A stretch of DNA of 54,102 nt from Candidatus Hydromicrobium sp. (GCA_036514675.1 DATBWS010000003.1:1-54102), one strand, 5' to 3'. Positions 9,052 to 18,876 are shown, counted from the first letter of the stretch. Translations and numbers: made by a program. Notes: generated from the sequence alone by a model not told the origin.

Positions 9052-9531
9052 ATGGAAAAAATAGTATTATGCCCGGGAACCTACGATCCTTTAACCGAGG
9101 GGCATAAGGATATAATTGAAAGGTGTTCAAAAATTTTCTATAAAGTGATAGTAGCCATATCGAAAGATACCAGAAAAAAACCTTTTTACACTACTGAAAA
9201 AAGGGTTGATTTCGCAAAGAGGGCATTAAAAAATCTGAATAATGTAGAGGTGACCACTTTTGAAGGGTTGCTGGTTGATCAGGCAAAAAAAGTAAAGGCT
9301 ACAGTCATAATTAAGGGACTCAGGGCTATTTCGGATTTTGAGTATGAATTTCAGATGGCGCAGATAAATAAGAAATTAAATCCGGAAGTAGAAACTATGT
9401 TTATGGTAACCAACCCCAAATTTGCATACTTGAGTTCCAGCGCAGTGAAAGAAGTAGCCGGATTTAAGGGCTGTATAGAAGGGCTGGTTCCGAAGGAAAT
9501 AGAGAAGGATATAGTTGAAAGTTTTAAATAA
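9052..9531 (+). CDS. coaD: Phosphopantetheine adenylyltransferase
   Basis: PGTYDPLTEGH nucleotidyltransferase motif. 159 aa. Conserved rsmD-coaD pairing. Confidence 0.95.
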   Translation: MEKIVLCPGTYDPLTEGHKDIIERCSKIFYKVIVAISKDTRKKPFYTTEKRVDFAKRALKNLNNVEVTTFEGLLVDQAKKVKATVIIKGLRAISDFEYEFQMAQINKKLNPEVETMFMVTNPKFAYLSSSAVKEVAGFKGCIEGLVPKEIEKDIVESFK

Positions 9532-9564
9532 AAATATTTCTAAGTAAAAAATAGGGAGAATAGT

Positions 9565-10026
9565 ATGAATGCATTCGAAATTGTAGATCAGATTGAAGAG
9601 TTTCTTGACAAAAGTAAGAGAATTCCGTTTTCATCCAATATAATTGTACATGAGAACGAAATATATGACCTGCTGGACGAGCTGAGGAATATACTGCCAG
9701 AGGAATTTAAGCAATCCAGATGGATTGTGAAAGAAAGAGAAAATATGATAGAAGAAGCCAAAAGGTATTCTGAAAGAATAATAAAGGAAGCAAAAGAAAA
9801 AGCAGAAATTCTGGTTAGCGAAACCGAAATACTAAAGAATGCCAGCAGGAAATCGGAGGAACTAATGTCCGCAGTAGAAGCCAGAGCAAGAACGATCAGA
9901 CTGGAAGCTGAGGATTATGCTGATGAAAAACTGGCAAACCTGGAAGCTGTATTGCACAAATTGCTGACTGCTATTGAAAAAGGGAGGGAGCAATTTAGAA
10001 GTACACTAGCTACAGGTGAAAAATAA
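9565..10026 (+). CDS. Conserved coiled-coil protein of unknown function (resembles proteins often annotated V-ATPase subunit H-like or ATPase in Clostridia)
   Basis: 153 aa, charged helical sequence (EEAKRYSERIIKEAKEKAE..). Good AGGGAGA SD. No catalytic motif visible. Confidence 0.5.
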   Translation: MNAFEIVDQIEEFLDKSKRIPFSSNIIVHENEIYDLLDELRNILPEEFKQSRWIVKERENMIEEAKRYSERIIKEAKEKAEILVSETEILKNASRKSEELMSAVEARARTIRLEAEDYADEKLANLEAVLHKLLTAIEKGREQFRSTLATGEK

Positions 10027-10031
10027 TATTG

Positions 10032-10059
10032 TTGAATAAATATTTTTTTATGATATATT
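10032..10059 (+). promoter_or_regulatory. Putative promoter of rpmF
   Basis: TTGAAT (10032-10037), 16-nt spacer, TGaTATATT extended -10 (TATATT at 10054-10059). Confidence 0.45.
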
Positions 10060-10122
10060 TATTTATTTGTTTGTTTATTTATAACAAGTTTGTAACAAGA
10101 TATTCAGCAGGAGGCTAGAGTA

Positions 10123-10347
10123 TTGGCAGTTCCAAAACGTAAAACGTCAAAGTCCAAAAGAGATAAGCGCAGAACTCATGACCGGTTGAAAATTGTAAAC
10201 ATTGTTGAATGTCCCAGGTGTCACAGTAAAAAGATATCACATAGAGTTTGTGAAAGTTGTGGATATTACTCTGAACATGAGATAATAATATTTGAAGAGA
10301 AGGGCAAAAAGAAAGAAAAGAAAGAAACAAAAGAAGCAAGCAAATAA
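10123..10347 (+). CDS. rpmF: 50S ribosomal protein L32 (zinc-ribbon type, Lys-rich C-terminal tail)
   Basis: AVPKRKTSKSKRDKRR signature, CPRC..CESCG zinc ribbon. TTG start after AGGAGG. Confidence 0.9.
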   Translation: MAVPKRKTSKSKRDKRRTHDRLKIVNIVECPRCHSKKISHRVCESCGYYSEHEIIIFEEKGKKKEKKETKEASK

Positions 10348-10370
10348 AAGTAGACTTTAGAGAACTAAAA

Positions 10371-12488
10371 ATGGAGGTTTGTATTTTGAGTTTGCGAGAT
10401 TTTTTTTGTCCTGATTCTGTAGCAGTAATAGGAGCTGCCAGAGAAGAAAAAAAAGTAGGCCATACTATACTGGATAATATAATAAACTCAGGATTTAAGG
10501 GTAAGTTGTTTCCGGTAAATCCCAATGCTGATGAAATACACGGCATTAAATGTTACCCTTCAGTTTTAAATATCCCCGTTAACATTGATTTAGCTATAAT
10601 AGTTGTCCCCGTACAGTTTGTACTGCAGGTTTTGGAAGAATGTTCAAAGAAAAATACCAAATGGTCCATTATTATTTCTTCAGGGTTTAAAGAAACCGGA
10701 GTAGAAGGCGCAAAAAGAGAAAGTCAGTTAATCGGAAAAGCAAAAGAATATGGAATCAGGATACTGGGACCCAATTGTATGGGAATCATTGATACCGGAT
10801 GTCCAATAAATGCAACTTTCTCACCCCTTATGCCTCCTAAAGGTAAGATAGGTTTTATATCACAATCAGGTGCGCTGGGCAGTTCTATACTGGACTGGGC
10901 AAAAACCAATAAAATTGGATTTTCAAAATTTGTGTCATTGGGCAATAAAGCCGATATTTCGGAAAATGATTTGTTTGATGACTGGGAAGATGATGAAAAT
11001 ACTGAAGTTATTACTGCATATCTTGAGGGTATAAAATATGGTAGAGAATTCATGAAAATATCTTCCAGAGTGTCAAAAAGGAAACCCATAATTGTTATAA
11101 AATCAGGGAATACGGATGCCGGAGCCAGGGCAGTATCATCTCATACCGGCACTCTTGCCGGTTCGGCCAGAGCTTATGAGGCAGCTTTCAAACAGGCAGG
11201 GATTATAAGGGCTAATACCATAAGGGATCTTTTTAATTACGCCAGGGCTTTTTCATATCAACCATTGCCTAAAGGCAAAAAAGTTGCAATAATAACAAAT
11301 GCAGGCGGTCCCGGTATTATGGCTACCGATGCCTGTGAAAAAAGTAATATATTGCTGACCAGTTTTAGTAAAGAAACTATAGATAAATTAAAAGAATTTT
11401 TACCGGAAGCGGCAAATTTTTATAATCCAATTGATGTGCTGGGAGATGCACTGGCAGACAGGTATAGAATGACTATGGAAGTGGTTATAAAGGATAATAA
11501 TGTTAATTCGGTAGTGGTGTTGCTTACGCCACAGGCTATGACGCAGCCTTTAAAAACAGCAAGGGCAATTGTGGAAGTGATAGATAAAAGCGGTAAGGAT
11601 ATACCGGTAGTAACCAGTTTTATAGGAGGTGCTGAAGTCGGGAAAGCAGTGAAATTTTTAACCGAAAAAAATATTCCGAATTTTGATATTCCGGAGGAAG
11701 CGATAGATGCATTAAAAGTTATGATGGAGCATACTGATTGGAAATCCAGAGAGAGTTTTCCTGTAGAAAAATTTGATGTTGACAGGGAAAGAGTTAAAAA
11801 AATATTTGACCGGTGCCGTGCCGAAGACAGATTGGAGTTGGGGGAAATGGAAGCAAGAGAAATTTTAAAGGCATATGACATTAGGGTACCTGAAGCAGAA
11901 TTAGCCTGTGATATAAAGGCAGCAAAAGAGATTGCAAAACGAATAGGATATCCTCTTGTACTTAAAATTGTTTCTCCCAATATTTTACATAAGACCGATG
12001 TCGGCGGTGTAAGGATTGGAATAGATAGTGAAAAGGAACTGGAGGAAAGCTATGACGAGATTCTTTTTCATGTAAAAAGATATATGCCCGATGTCAATAT
12101 ACGCGGTATTCTGGTTCAGGAATTTATTAAGGATAAAAAAGAAACCATTATTGGTATGAGTGAAGACCCGCAATTTGGGCCCATGATTATGTTTGGGCTC
12201 GGAGGAATATATGTTGAAGTATTAAAAGATGTCTCCTTTAGAATTGCCCCTTTAAGCAGACATGTAGCCGGTGAGATGATAGAAGAAGTTAAAACTACCA
12301 GTCTACTTAAAGGGGCAAGGGGTGAAGATCCGTCTGATATTGAAAGTATAATTGAAATTATACTTAAAGTTTCCCAGCTGGTTATGGATTTTCCAGAAAT
12401 AGTAGAAATGGATATAAATCCTTTGTTTGTAAAAAAACAAGGAGAGGGATCTATAGCCGGAGATGTAAGAATAAGGATAGGAGGTTAA
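10371..12488 (+). CDS. Acetyl-CoA synthetase (ADP-forming), fused alpha-beta type (acetate--CoA ligase family)
   Basis: N-terminal CoA-binding domain (SVAVIGAAREEKKVGH), succinyl-CoA-synthetase-like phosphohistidine loop SSHTGTLAGS, C-terminal ATP-grasp domain. Alternative start TTG 10386, 8 nt after GGAGG. Confidence 0.85.
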   Translation: MEVCILSLRDFFCPDSVAVIGAAREEKKVGHTILDNIINSGFKGKLFPVNPNADEIHGIKCYPSVLNIPVNIDLAIIVVPVQFVLQVLEECSKKNTKWSIIISSGFKETGVEGAKRESQLIGKAKEYGIRILGPNCMGIIDTGCPINATFSPLMPPKGKIGFISQSGALGSSILDWAKTNKIGFSKFVSLGNKADISENDLFDDWEDDENTEVITAYLEGIKYGREFMKISSRVSKRKPIIVIKSGNTDAGARAVSSHTGTLAGSARAYEAAFKQAGIIRANTIRDLFNYARAFSYQPLPKGKKVAIITNAGGPGIMATDACEKSNILLTSFSKETIDKLKEFLPEAANFYNPIDVLGDALADRYRMTMEVVIKDNNVNSVVVLLTPQAMTQPLKTARAIVEVIDKSGKDIPVVTSFIGGAEVGKAVKFLTEKNIPNFDIPEEAIDALKVMMEHTDWKSRESFPVEKFDVDRERVKKIFDRCRAEDRLELGEMEAREILKAYDIRVPEAELACDIKAAKEIAKRIGYPLVLKIVSPNILHKTDVGGVRIGIDSEKELEESYDEILFHVKRYMPDVNIRGILVQEFIKDKKETIIGMSEDPQFGPMIMFGLGGIYVEVLKDVSFRIAPLSRHVAGEMIEEVKTTSLLKGARGEDPSDIESIIEIILKVSQLVMDFPEIVEMDINPLFVKKQGEGSIAGDVRIRIGG

Positions 12489-12489
12489 A

Positions 12490-13554
12490 ATGGTACCGTT
12501 ATTTTTTATTTCGAATCAGCCTTTTTCCGGTAAGAGTTCGATGTGTGTGGGTGTAGGAAAACTATTTGCTGAAAAAGGTTTGAAAGTAGGATATATGAAA
12601 CCAGTGGGGACGCTGCCAACACGGGTAGGAGGGATTATTACGGACGAAGATGCCCAGTATATCTCAAATATACTGGATGTAAAAGAAGAACTTGAAGATA
12701 TATGCCCTATCGTGTTGACCCAGCAGTACAGCAGGGAGGGTCTAAAAGATCAAAGTTTCTCCAAAGGGTTTATAGATTCAATTGCCAGAGCTTATCAAAG
12801 AATTCAAAAGGGTAAAGATATTGTAATTTTAGAAGGAGCTAAAAGTATAGAGGATGGCTACTTCCTGGGAATATCTGCAAATAAAATCTGTGCAAAACTG
12901 GGCGCCAGAGTAGTTATGGTAATTAAATATAGTGCTGAAATTGTAGATCAGATACTTTATTCAAAAGAATTTTTAGATGATTGTCTGGCAGGAATAATCA
13001 TAAATTGGGTACCGAGAAGTCAGATGGATTACCTTGAAGAATTGATAATTCCATACCTTAAAAAAAATAAAATAGAAGTTTTTGGATATGTGGCTTCAGA
13101 TAAAATGCTGTCTTCTGTAAGTGTGAAGGAGATGGCCGAACTTTTAGGCGGACAGATAATTTGCGCCGAAGATAAAGTGGATGAACTGGTAGAGACGTTT
13201 ATGGTTGGAGCTATGGGTCAGGAACAGGCGTTAAAGTTTTTTAGAAGAAAGGCCAATAAAGCAGTTATAACAGGCGGAGATAGAGCAGATGTCCAGCTTG
13301 CTGCGCTGGAGACCCCCACAAAATGTCTTATACTTACGGGTAATTTTCAGCCGAGTAGTGTGGTTCTGGGGAGAGCCGAGGAATTAGGCGTACCCATGAT
13401 TCTGGTCAATTATGACACCCTTACTGCGGTAGAAAAGGTTGGAGAAATTATCGGTCATGTAAGATTTCACGAAATTAAAAAGATAAATAAAATAGTTGAA
13501 GTGGTGCGGGAGTACATAAATATAAATAGATTACTGGAAATATCAAAAAAATAA
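12490..13554 (+). CDS. Pta N-terminal-like protein (BioD-like P-loop domain plus DRTGG domain), no phosphotransacetylase catalytic domain
   Basis: N-terminal FSGKSS loop and MKPVG. C-terminal AVITGGDRADVQLAA (DRTGG-type motif). ATG lies 1 nt after the upstream stop, with GGAGG inside the upstream gene end. Confidence 0.7.
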   Translation: MVPLFFISNQPFSGKSSMCVGVGKLFAEKGLKVGYMKPVGTLPTRVGGIITDEDAQYISNILDVKEELEDICPIVLTQQYSREGLKDQSFSKGFIDSIARAYQRIQKGKDIVILEGAKSIEDGYFLGISANKICAKLGARVVMVIKYSAEIVDQILYSKEFLDDCLAGIIINWVPRSQMDYLEELIIPYLKKNKIEVFGYVASDKMLSSVSVKEMAELLGGQIICAEDKVDELVETFMVGAMGQEQALKFFRRKANKAVITGGDRADVQLAALETPTKCLILTGNFQPSSVVLGRAEELGVPMILVNYDTLTAVEKVGEIIGHVRFHEIKKINKIVEVVREYININRLLEISKK

Positions 13555-13572
13555 CTACAGCTAAAATCTACT

Positions 13573-14592
13573 ATGGCAGAGTTCAACTCAAACAATTACT
13601 CAATTATCATAGATGCAATGGGTGGGGATTTTGCCCCTGAAGAGATTATTAAGGGCTCTGTAGAAGCCAGAAAAGACTTTGGAGTAGAAATCAAACTGGT
13701 GGGAAGTATGGATAAGATAAAGAAAGCGGCAGCCTCCAGTTTATTAGATCTGGACGGTATAGAGATTATCCCAAGCTCTCAGGAGGTAAGTATGTATGAG
13801 TTTCCTTCGGAAGTATTAAAGAAAAAAAAGAATTCCTCAATCTTCATAGGTTCGCAGCTTGTATCCCAGGGCAGGGGAAATGTCTTTATTTCTGCCGGGA
13901 ATACCGGCGCGGTAATGGCCTGCTCTCTTTTTAATATGAAGAGAATAGAGAATATATATAGGCCTGCTATTGCGGTGGTTATACCCCTAAGGGACAAGAA
14001 GTTTGTATTAATAGATGCCGGAGCCAATGCTGATTGTAAGCCTCTGTATCTAAAACAGTTTGCAATTATGGGAAAAATTTACTCTGAAAATATTTTAGGA
14101 GTAAAAAATCCGAAAGTGGCTCTGGTTAATATAGGTGAAGAGGAAAAGAAGGGAAATGAACTCGCGGTCGAGAGTTATAAATTGCTTAAAAACTATCCCG
14201 GAATCAACTTTATTGGGAATGTAGAAGGCAGGGAACTGTTTGAGGGCAAAGCGGATGTGGCAGTTTGTGACGGTTTTGTAGGAAATGTGATATTGAAATT
14301 AATAGAAGGTATGGCAGATTTCTTTTTTAGAGAAATAAAACAGATTTTAACTTCAAGTATAATAGCCAAACTTTCGGCTATAGGTATTAAGGGTTTTCTG
14401 CTAGAGATGAAGAAAAAATTTGACTATGAAGAGTATGGAGGTGCGCAACTTCTGGGATTAAACGGACTGGTAATAATTTCTCATGGAAGTTCAAAATCAA
14501 AGGCGATTAAAAATGCGGTAAAAGTAGCTATGGAAAGCCTGAAAAATAATTTGATCAGTAAGATCAGCGAAGAAATCAATAATATAAATTAA
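13573..14592 (+). CDS. plsX: Phosphate acyltransferase PlsX
   Basis: IIIDAMGGDFAPEEII N-terminal signature. 339 aa. Upstream of acpP. Confidence 0.9.
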   Translation: MAEFNSNNYSIIIDAMGGDFAPEEIIKGSVEARKDFGVEIKLVGSMDKIKKAAASSLLDLDGIEIIPSSQEVSMYEFPSEVLKKKKNSSIFIGSQLVSQGRGNVFISAGNTGAVMACSLFNMKRIENIYRPAIAVVIPLRDKKFVLIDAGANADCKPLYLKQFAIMGKIYSENILGVKNPKVALVNIGEEEKKGNELAVESYKLLKNYPGINFIGNVEGRELFEGKADVAVCDGFVGNVILKLIEGMADFFFREIKQILTSSIIAKLSAIGIKGFLLEMKKKFDYEEYGGAQLLGLNGLVIISHGSSKSKAIKNAVKVAMESLKNNLISKISEEINNIN

Positions 14593-14631
14593 ATAATAGT
14601 AAAGAATAAAATAATAGCAAAAGGAGTAAGA

Positions 14632-14868
14632 ATGGAAAATTTTGGCAAGCTTAAGGAGGTTTTGATCGACGTATTGGGTGCTAAAGAGGAAGACATTAAA
14701 ACTGAGAGTAAATTTGTTGATGATCTGGGTGCTGACTCACTGGATTTAGTGGAGCTTATTATGGCACTTGAAGATAAATTTGGAATAGAAATAAGCGATG
14801 AAGATGCCGAAAAAATTATTACAGTAAAAAATGTTCTTGATTATATCGAAGCTCATTCTAAAAAATAA
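14632..14868 (+). CDS. acpP: Acyl carrier protein
   Basis: [11 protein letters not shown] phosphopantetheine attachment motif. 78 aa. Confidence 0.95.
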   Translation: MENFGKLKEVLIDVLGAKEEDIKTESKFVDDLGADSLDLVELIMALEDKFGIEISDEDAEKIITVKNVLDYIEAHSKK

Positions 14869-14926
14869 TTTTAGATACAGATAAATAATCTTATATTATG
14901 ATTTCTAAGGTGGCGAGATTTATTTA

Positions 14927-15646
14927 GTGAACGATAACGAAGAGGTTTTAGGTAGTAGAGTAAGAGACTGGTTAAAAAATCTGGGAATTGATGCAGCAGA
15001 TTTGAAAATTTATATACAAAGCTTAACTCACAGGTCTTTTGCACGCCAGATAAATATTCAATCACGGGGAAATGAGCAGCTGGAGTTTTTGGGTGACAGC
15101 GTACTTTCTTTTATTATTACATCATATTTATATAAAAAACACGGCGACTTTACCGAAGGAAAGATGGCCAAGGTAAGAGCAACTCTCGTCAGCAGAAGGA
15201 CACTACTTAGAATAGCCAAAGAAATAAAAATAGACCAGCAGATACTTTTAAGTGAAAATGAGGAATCCTGCAAGGGGAGAAAAAAAATATCTATTTTAGC
15301 TAACAGCCTGGAAGCTCTTATCGGTGCCATTTATATCGATAAAGGGATTGATTTTACTTTAAGCTGGGTTCTAGAAAGATATAGGGAAAAAATTGAAGAA
15401 AATATTAAAACCCCTGAAATTACAGATTATAAAACTTACCTTCAGGAAGTCGTTCAGGCGGATTATTCTAAACTTGCAAAATATGAACTAATAAGATCTG
15501 ACGGCCCTGACCATAATAGATCATTCTACTCGGTGGTAACCATTGACGATAAAATAATTGGAAGGGGTAAAGGGAAAAGTAAAAAAGACTCAGAGCAGGA
15601 TGCAGCAAAAAATACTTTAAAGACTCTGTATAAACTAAATTTATAA
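14927..15646 (+). CDS. rnc: Ribonuclease III
   Basis: RNase III signature NEQLEFLGDSVL. C-terminal dsRBD (GKGKSKKDSEQDAA). GTG start. Confidence 0.9.
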   Translation: MNDNEEVLGSRVRDWLKNLGIDAADLKIYIQSLTHRSFARQINIQSRGNEQLEFLGDSVLSFIITSYLYKKHGDFTEGKMAKVRATLVSRRTLLRIAKEIKIDQQILLSENEESCKGRKKISILANSLEALIGAIYIDKGIDFTLSWVLERYREKIEENIKTPEITDYKTYLQEVVQADYSKLAKYELIRSDGPDHNRSFYSVVTIDDKIIGRGKGKSKKDSEQDAAKNTLKTLYKLNL

Positions 15647-15668
15647 TTTATTATTTTGGGAATTAAAT

Positions 15669-17987
15669 TTGTACTTAAAGAACATAACACTCCGCGGTTT
15701 TAAATCTTTTAAAAATAAAAGTCAATTATTTTTTGAGCCGGGTATCAGTGTGGTCGTGGGGCCCAATGGAAGCGGTAAAAGTAATGTCGCTGATGCTATC
15801 TCATGGGTGCTGGGTGAGCAAAGCCCCAAGTCGCTCCGGGGGAGCTCGATGGGGGATGTAATTTTTAAAAGTAAAAATGAAGAAATGGCAATTGCTGAAG
15901 TATCCCTGCTGTTCGACAACTCAAATAAATTATTTAATATGGAGTTCGAAGAGGTTAAATTTACCAGAAGGGTATTTTCCAGAGGAGGAAGTGAGTATTT
16001 TATAAATTCCTCACCCTGCAGATTGATAGATATCCAGGATCTTACCGCTGATAGCGGTATAGGCAAGGGCCTGCATATCATTATAAATCAAGGTCAGATC
16101 AATGAAATTGCTGTTCTTAAACCCATTGAAAGGAAAGCTATCATAGATGAAGTACTGGGGATATCGAAACATAAAAACAGGAGGGATAAATCCATAAGTA
16201 AACTTCAGAAGGTAAGAAATGATATAGAAAGAATAGATGATTTGATGGAAGAAATAAAAAGGACCATGGATCCTCTTGAAATTGAAGCAAAAAGAGCCCA
16301 GAAATATGCTGAAATTTCCAATCTGTTAAAAAGCGAGGAAATTTCTCTCTTTATCGGAAGTCTCAATCAGTTAAACAATGAATGGGAAGGCGAAAATGAA
16401 TCTTACCGGAAAAATGAGGACCAACTAAAAGAAATCGACAGCAAAATTTCAAGTATAGAAAAAGAGAGAGATGATCTTCTAAAACATACCGGTAAAAAGC
16501 GGGATGAATATGAATTCTGGAAAAATAAAATTGACTTATTTAATTCAGAAAAAAATAATCTTGAAAATATCACAGCTCTGGTTGGGAGTAAAAAGAACGT
16601 ATTCGGTACATTATATAATATGTTTGATCTCCGGTTTACCGGCGGTATCGAAAACACGGAAGTGCTGCAGGATTCATCGGAGATTGATAAAGAATATAAT
16701 GAAGTATCTTTCTTAGAGAGAATTTCAGACGGACTTAAAAAAATTGACGGCCTGCTTGCGAAATTATTGAAAAATGTGAAGAAGAAGTTAAAAGATAAGG
16801 ATACTGCCTATTATATTGAAAATGAAGCAAAATCAATTACAGAAGAAATAGAGAAATTATATAAAATAATCGGAGCAGGCCTGCAGTACGAGGGTAAAGA
16901 CGGTAGAAAAGAATTGCGGAAGGCAGACACCAAAAAAATCGATAATGTCAAAAAAAGAATGGAGCGGATTAGAAATATTAAAGACGTTTGCATGGCCAAC
17001 CTGGAAAGATCAAAAAAGATATACCTGCTTCTAAGTAGTTTTCTATCGGTTTCAGAAAATATAAAAAGAAGGCTCTACCCGGAATTTGAGAGAAGAAGAG
17101 ATTTAATTTCAAAAAACCAGAATAAGATAAACGAATTAGAAAGCCAGATAAACCAGTCAAATATCTCAAAATCAAACCTGGAAAATACTGTATACAAAAT
17201 CGATCTGAAGAAAGAACAAATAAAAGAGAGAGTAGAAGCTATTACTGAAAGCATTGTGGATAATTATAATTTATCAATTGATTACGCTTTAAAAAGCTAT
17301 AAACCCACCGGTGATATTAAACAATCTGAAATAAAAGTAAAAAAGTTTAAAAATGAAATAAAAAGATATGGGATGGTTAACCCAAATGCATCTATTGAAT
17401 ATAATAGAATTAAAAAGAGATTCGACTTTTTAGTAGTCCAGAGAACTGATCTGGTTGAAAGTAAAAAAAATCTGGAGGAACTTATTAAAGAGATAAACGA
17501 AAGAATAGCTGATTACTTCTTTAAGAAATTTGATGAGATCAACAGGTGTTTTAAAAATTATTTTAAAATTCTGTTCCCCTTAGGCGAAGGTGAAATGCAG
17601 CTTGAAAAAGATGACAGCACCGGTGATGATGAAATAGGTGTGGATCTGAAGGTGGATATTGGCAATAATAAGTTTGTTCCTCTTTCCTTGTTGTCAGGAG
17701 GAGAGAAATCTTTAATTTCTACAGCATTTCTTTTCTCTATTTATTCAATAAACCCTTCTCCTTTCTATGTTTTCGATGAAGTGGATGCTGCTCTGGATGA
17801 TGTAAATATCAACCGTTTTCTGATTCTGGTGAAAAAATTTTCTGAAAAGCAGCAGATAATATTAATTACCCACCAGAAAAGGACAATGGAAATTGCAGAT
17901 ACAATTTATGGGGTAACCATGCAGTCCAATGGAATTTCGAAGATAATTTCGGAAAAAATCGGGAAGAAATATGCAGAAATTAATTAA
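15669..17987 (+). CDS. smc: SMC-family chromosome partition ATPase, unusually short (772 aa)
   Basis: N-terminal head FKSF..GPNGSGKSN. C-terminal head LSGGEKSL, FYVFDEVDAALD, ILITHQ. Charged coiled-coil sequence between them. Canonical rnc-smc-ftsY position. TTG start. Confidence 0.8.
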   Translation: MYLKNITLRGFKSFKNKSQLFFEPGISVVVGPNGSGKSNVADAISWVLGEQSPKSLRGSSMGDVIFKSKNEEMAIAEVSLLFDNSNKLFNMEFEEVKFTRRVFSRGGSEYFINSSPCRLIDIQDLTADSGIGKGLHIIINQGQINEIAVLKPIERKAIIDEVLGISKHKNRRDKSISKLQKVRNDIERIDDLMEEIKRTMDPLEIEAKRAQKYAEISNLLKSEEISLFIGSLNQLNNEWEGENESYRKNEDQLKEIDSKISSIEKERDDLLKHTGKKRDEYEFWKNKIDLFNSEKNNLENITALVGSKKNVFGTLYNMFDLRFTGGIENTEVLQDSSEIDKEYNEVSFLERISDGLKKIDGLLAKLLKNVKKKLKDKDTAYYIENEAKSITEEIEKLYKIIGAGLQYEGKDGRKELRKADTKKIDNVKKRMERIRNIKDVCMANLERSKKIYLLLSSFLSVSENIKRRLYPEFERRRDLISKNQNKINELESQINQSNISKSNLENTVYKIDLKKEQIKERVEAITESIVDNYNLSIDYALKSYKPTGDIKQSEIKVKKFKNEIKRYGMVNPNASIEYNRIKKRFDFLVVQRTDLVESKKNLEELIKEINERIADYFFKKFDEINRCFKNYFKILFPLGEGEMQLEKDDSTGDDEIGVDLKVDIGNNKFVPLSLLSGGEKSLISTAFLFSIYSINPSPFYVFDEVDAALDDVNINRFLILVKKFSEKQQIILITHQKRTMEIADTIYGVTMQSNGISKIISEKIGKKYAEIN

Positions 17988-18843
17988 AAATCTAAGCCAT
18001 ATCTGGAATAAATTTAAAAATAACCACAAGTCATTCTGGGATGAGCTGGAAGAACAGATGGTGGCCAGTGACATCAGCATTAATACTACAGGTAAAATAT
18101 TAGAAGAAGTAAAAAACCATGTTTATAGTGAAAATATAAATGATATTGAAAAAATAAAATCTTTATTGAAGGATCAAATTATAGAAATTCTCAAGACCGA
18201 TGGAAATAATAATTTAAATATATCGCCCATACCTCCTACAGTATTCCTGATAGTGGGAGTAAATGGAACGGGTAAGACCACTTCGGTTGCAAAGTTAGCC
18301 AATATGTTTAAAGGAAACGGAAAGAAGGTTTTGATATCGGCTGCTGATACATACAGGTCAGCCGCAGTGGAACAGCTACAATATTATGCCGATAAATTAG
18401 GGCTGGATATGGTCTATCACCAGAAGTTTTCCGATCCGGGAGCGGTAGTCTACGATAGCGTAGAAAAAGCAAAGGCCAGAGGAATCGATCTGGTTATAAT
18501 TGATACTGCGGGGAGAATGCAAACTTCGTATAATCTTATGGAGGAACTTAAAAAAATAAAAAAAGTTATAAGCAGGAGAATTGACCGGGAAGTGGATGAA
18601 ATACTGCTTGTGATTGATTCCACTACCGGACAGAACGCCAGAAATCAGGCGGAACTTTTTAACAATTCACTGCATCTGACCGGAATTATTCTGACTAAAA
18701 CAGACGGTACTTCCAGAGGGGGGATAGTGCTTACCATAAAAAATGATCTGGGTATATCCATAAAGCTGGTCACCGATGGTGAAAAATTAGACAACATACA
18801 TTATTTTGATCCGGTTGAATTTACTGAATCGATATTCTCCTGA
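17971..18843 (+). CDS. ftsY: Signal recognition particle receptor FtsY (NG domain only)
   Basis: GVNGTGKTT, DTAGR, TKTDGTSRGG motifs. Overlaps the smc end by 17 nt. Confidence 0.9.
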   Translation: MQKLIKNLSHIWNKFKNNHKSFWDELEEQMVASDISINTTGKILEEVKNHVYSENINDIEKIKSLLKDQIIEILKTDGNNNLNISPIPPTVFLIVGVNGTGKTTSVAKLANMFKGNGKKVLISAADTYRSAAVEQLQYYADKLGLDMVYHQKFSDPGAVVYDSVEKAKARGIDLVIIDTAGRMQTSYNLMEELKKIKKVISRRIDREVDEILLVIDSTTGQNARNQAELFNNSLHLTGIILTKTDGTSRGGIVLTIKNDLGISIKLVTDGEKLDNIHYFDPVEFTESIFS

Positions 18844-18876
18844 TCTCAAATTTCAGGATGGAAAGGGATTTTAGCG

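Noticed and set aside
10290-10347. A Lys-rich C-terminal tail on L32 (and an acidic tail on S2 at about 31800-31921) as unusual ribosomal protein extensions.
   Set aside because: Short charged tails on ribosomal proteins are common lineage-specific features. The sequence gives no functional inference.
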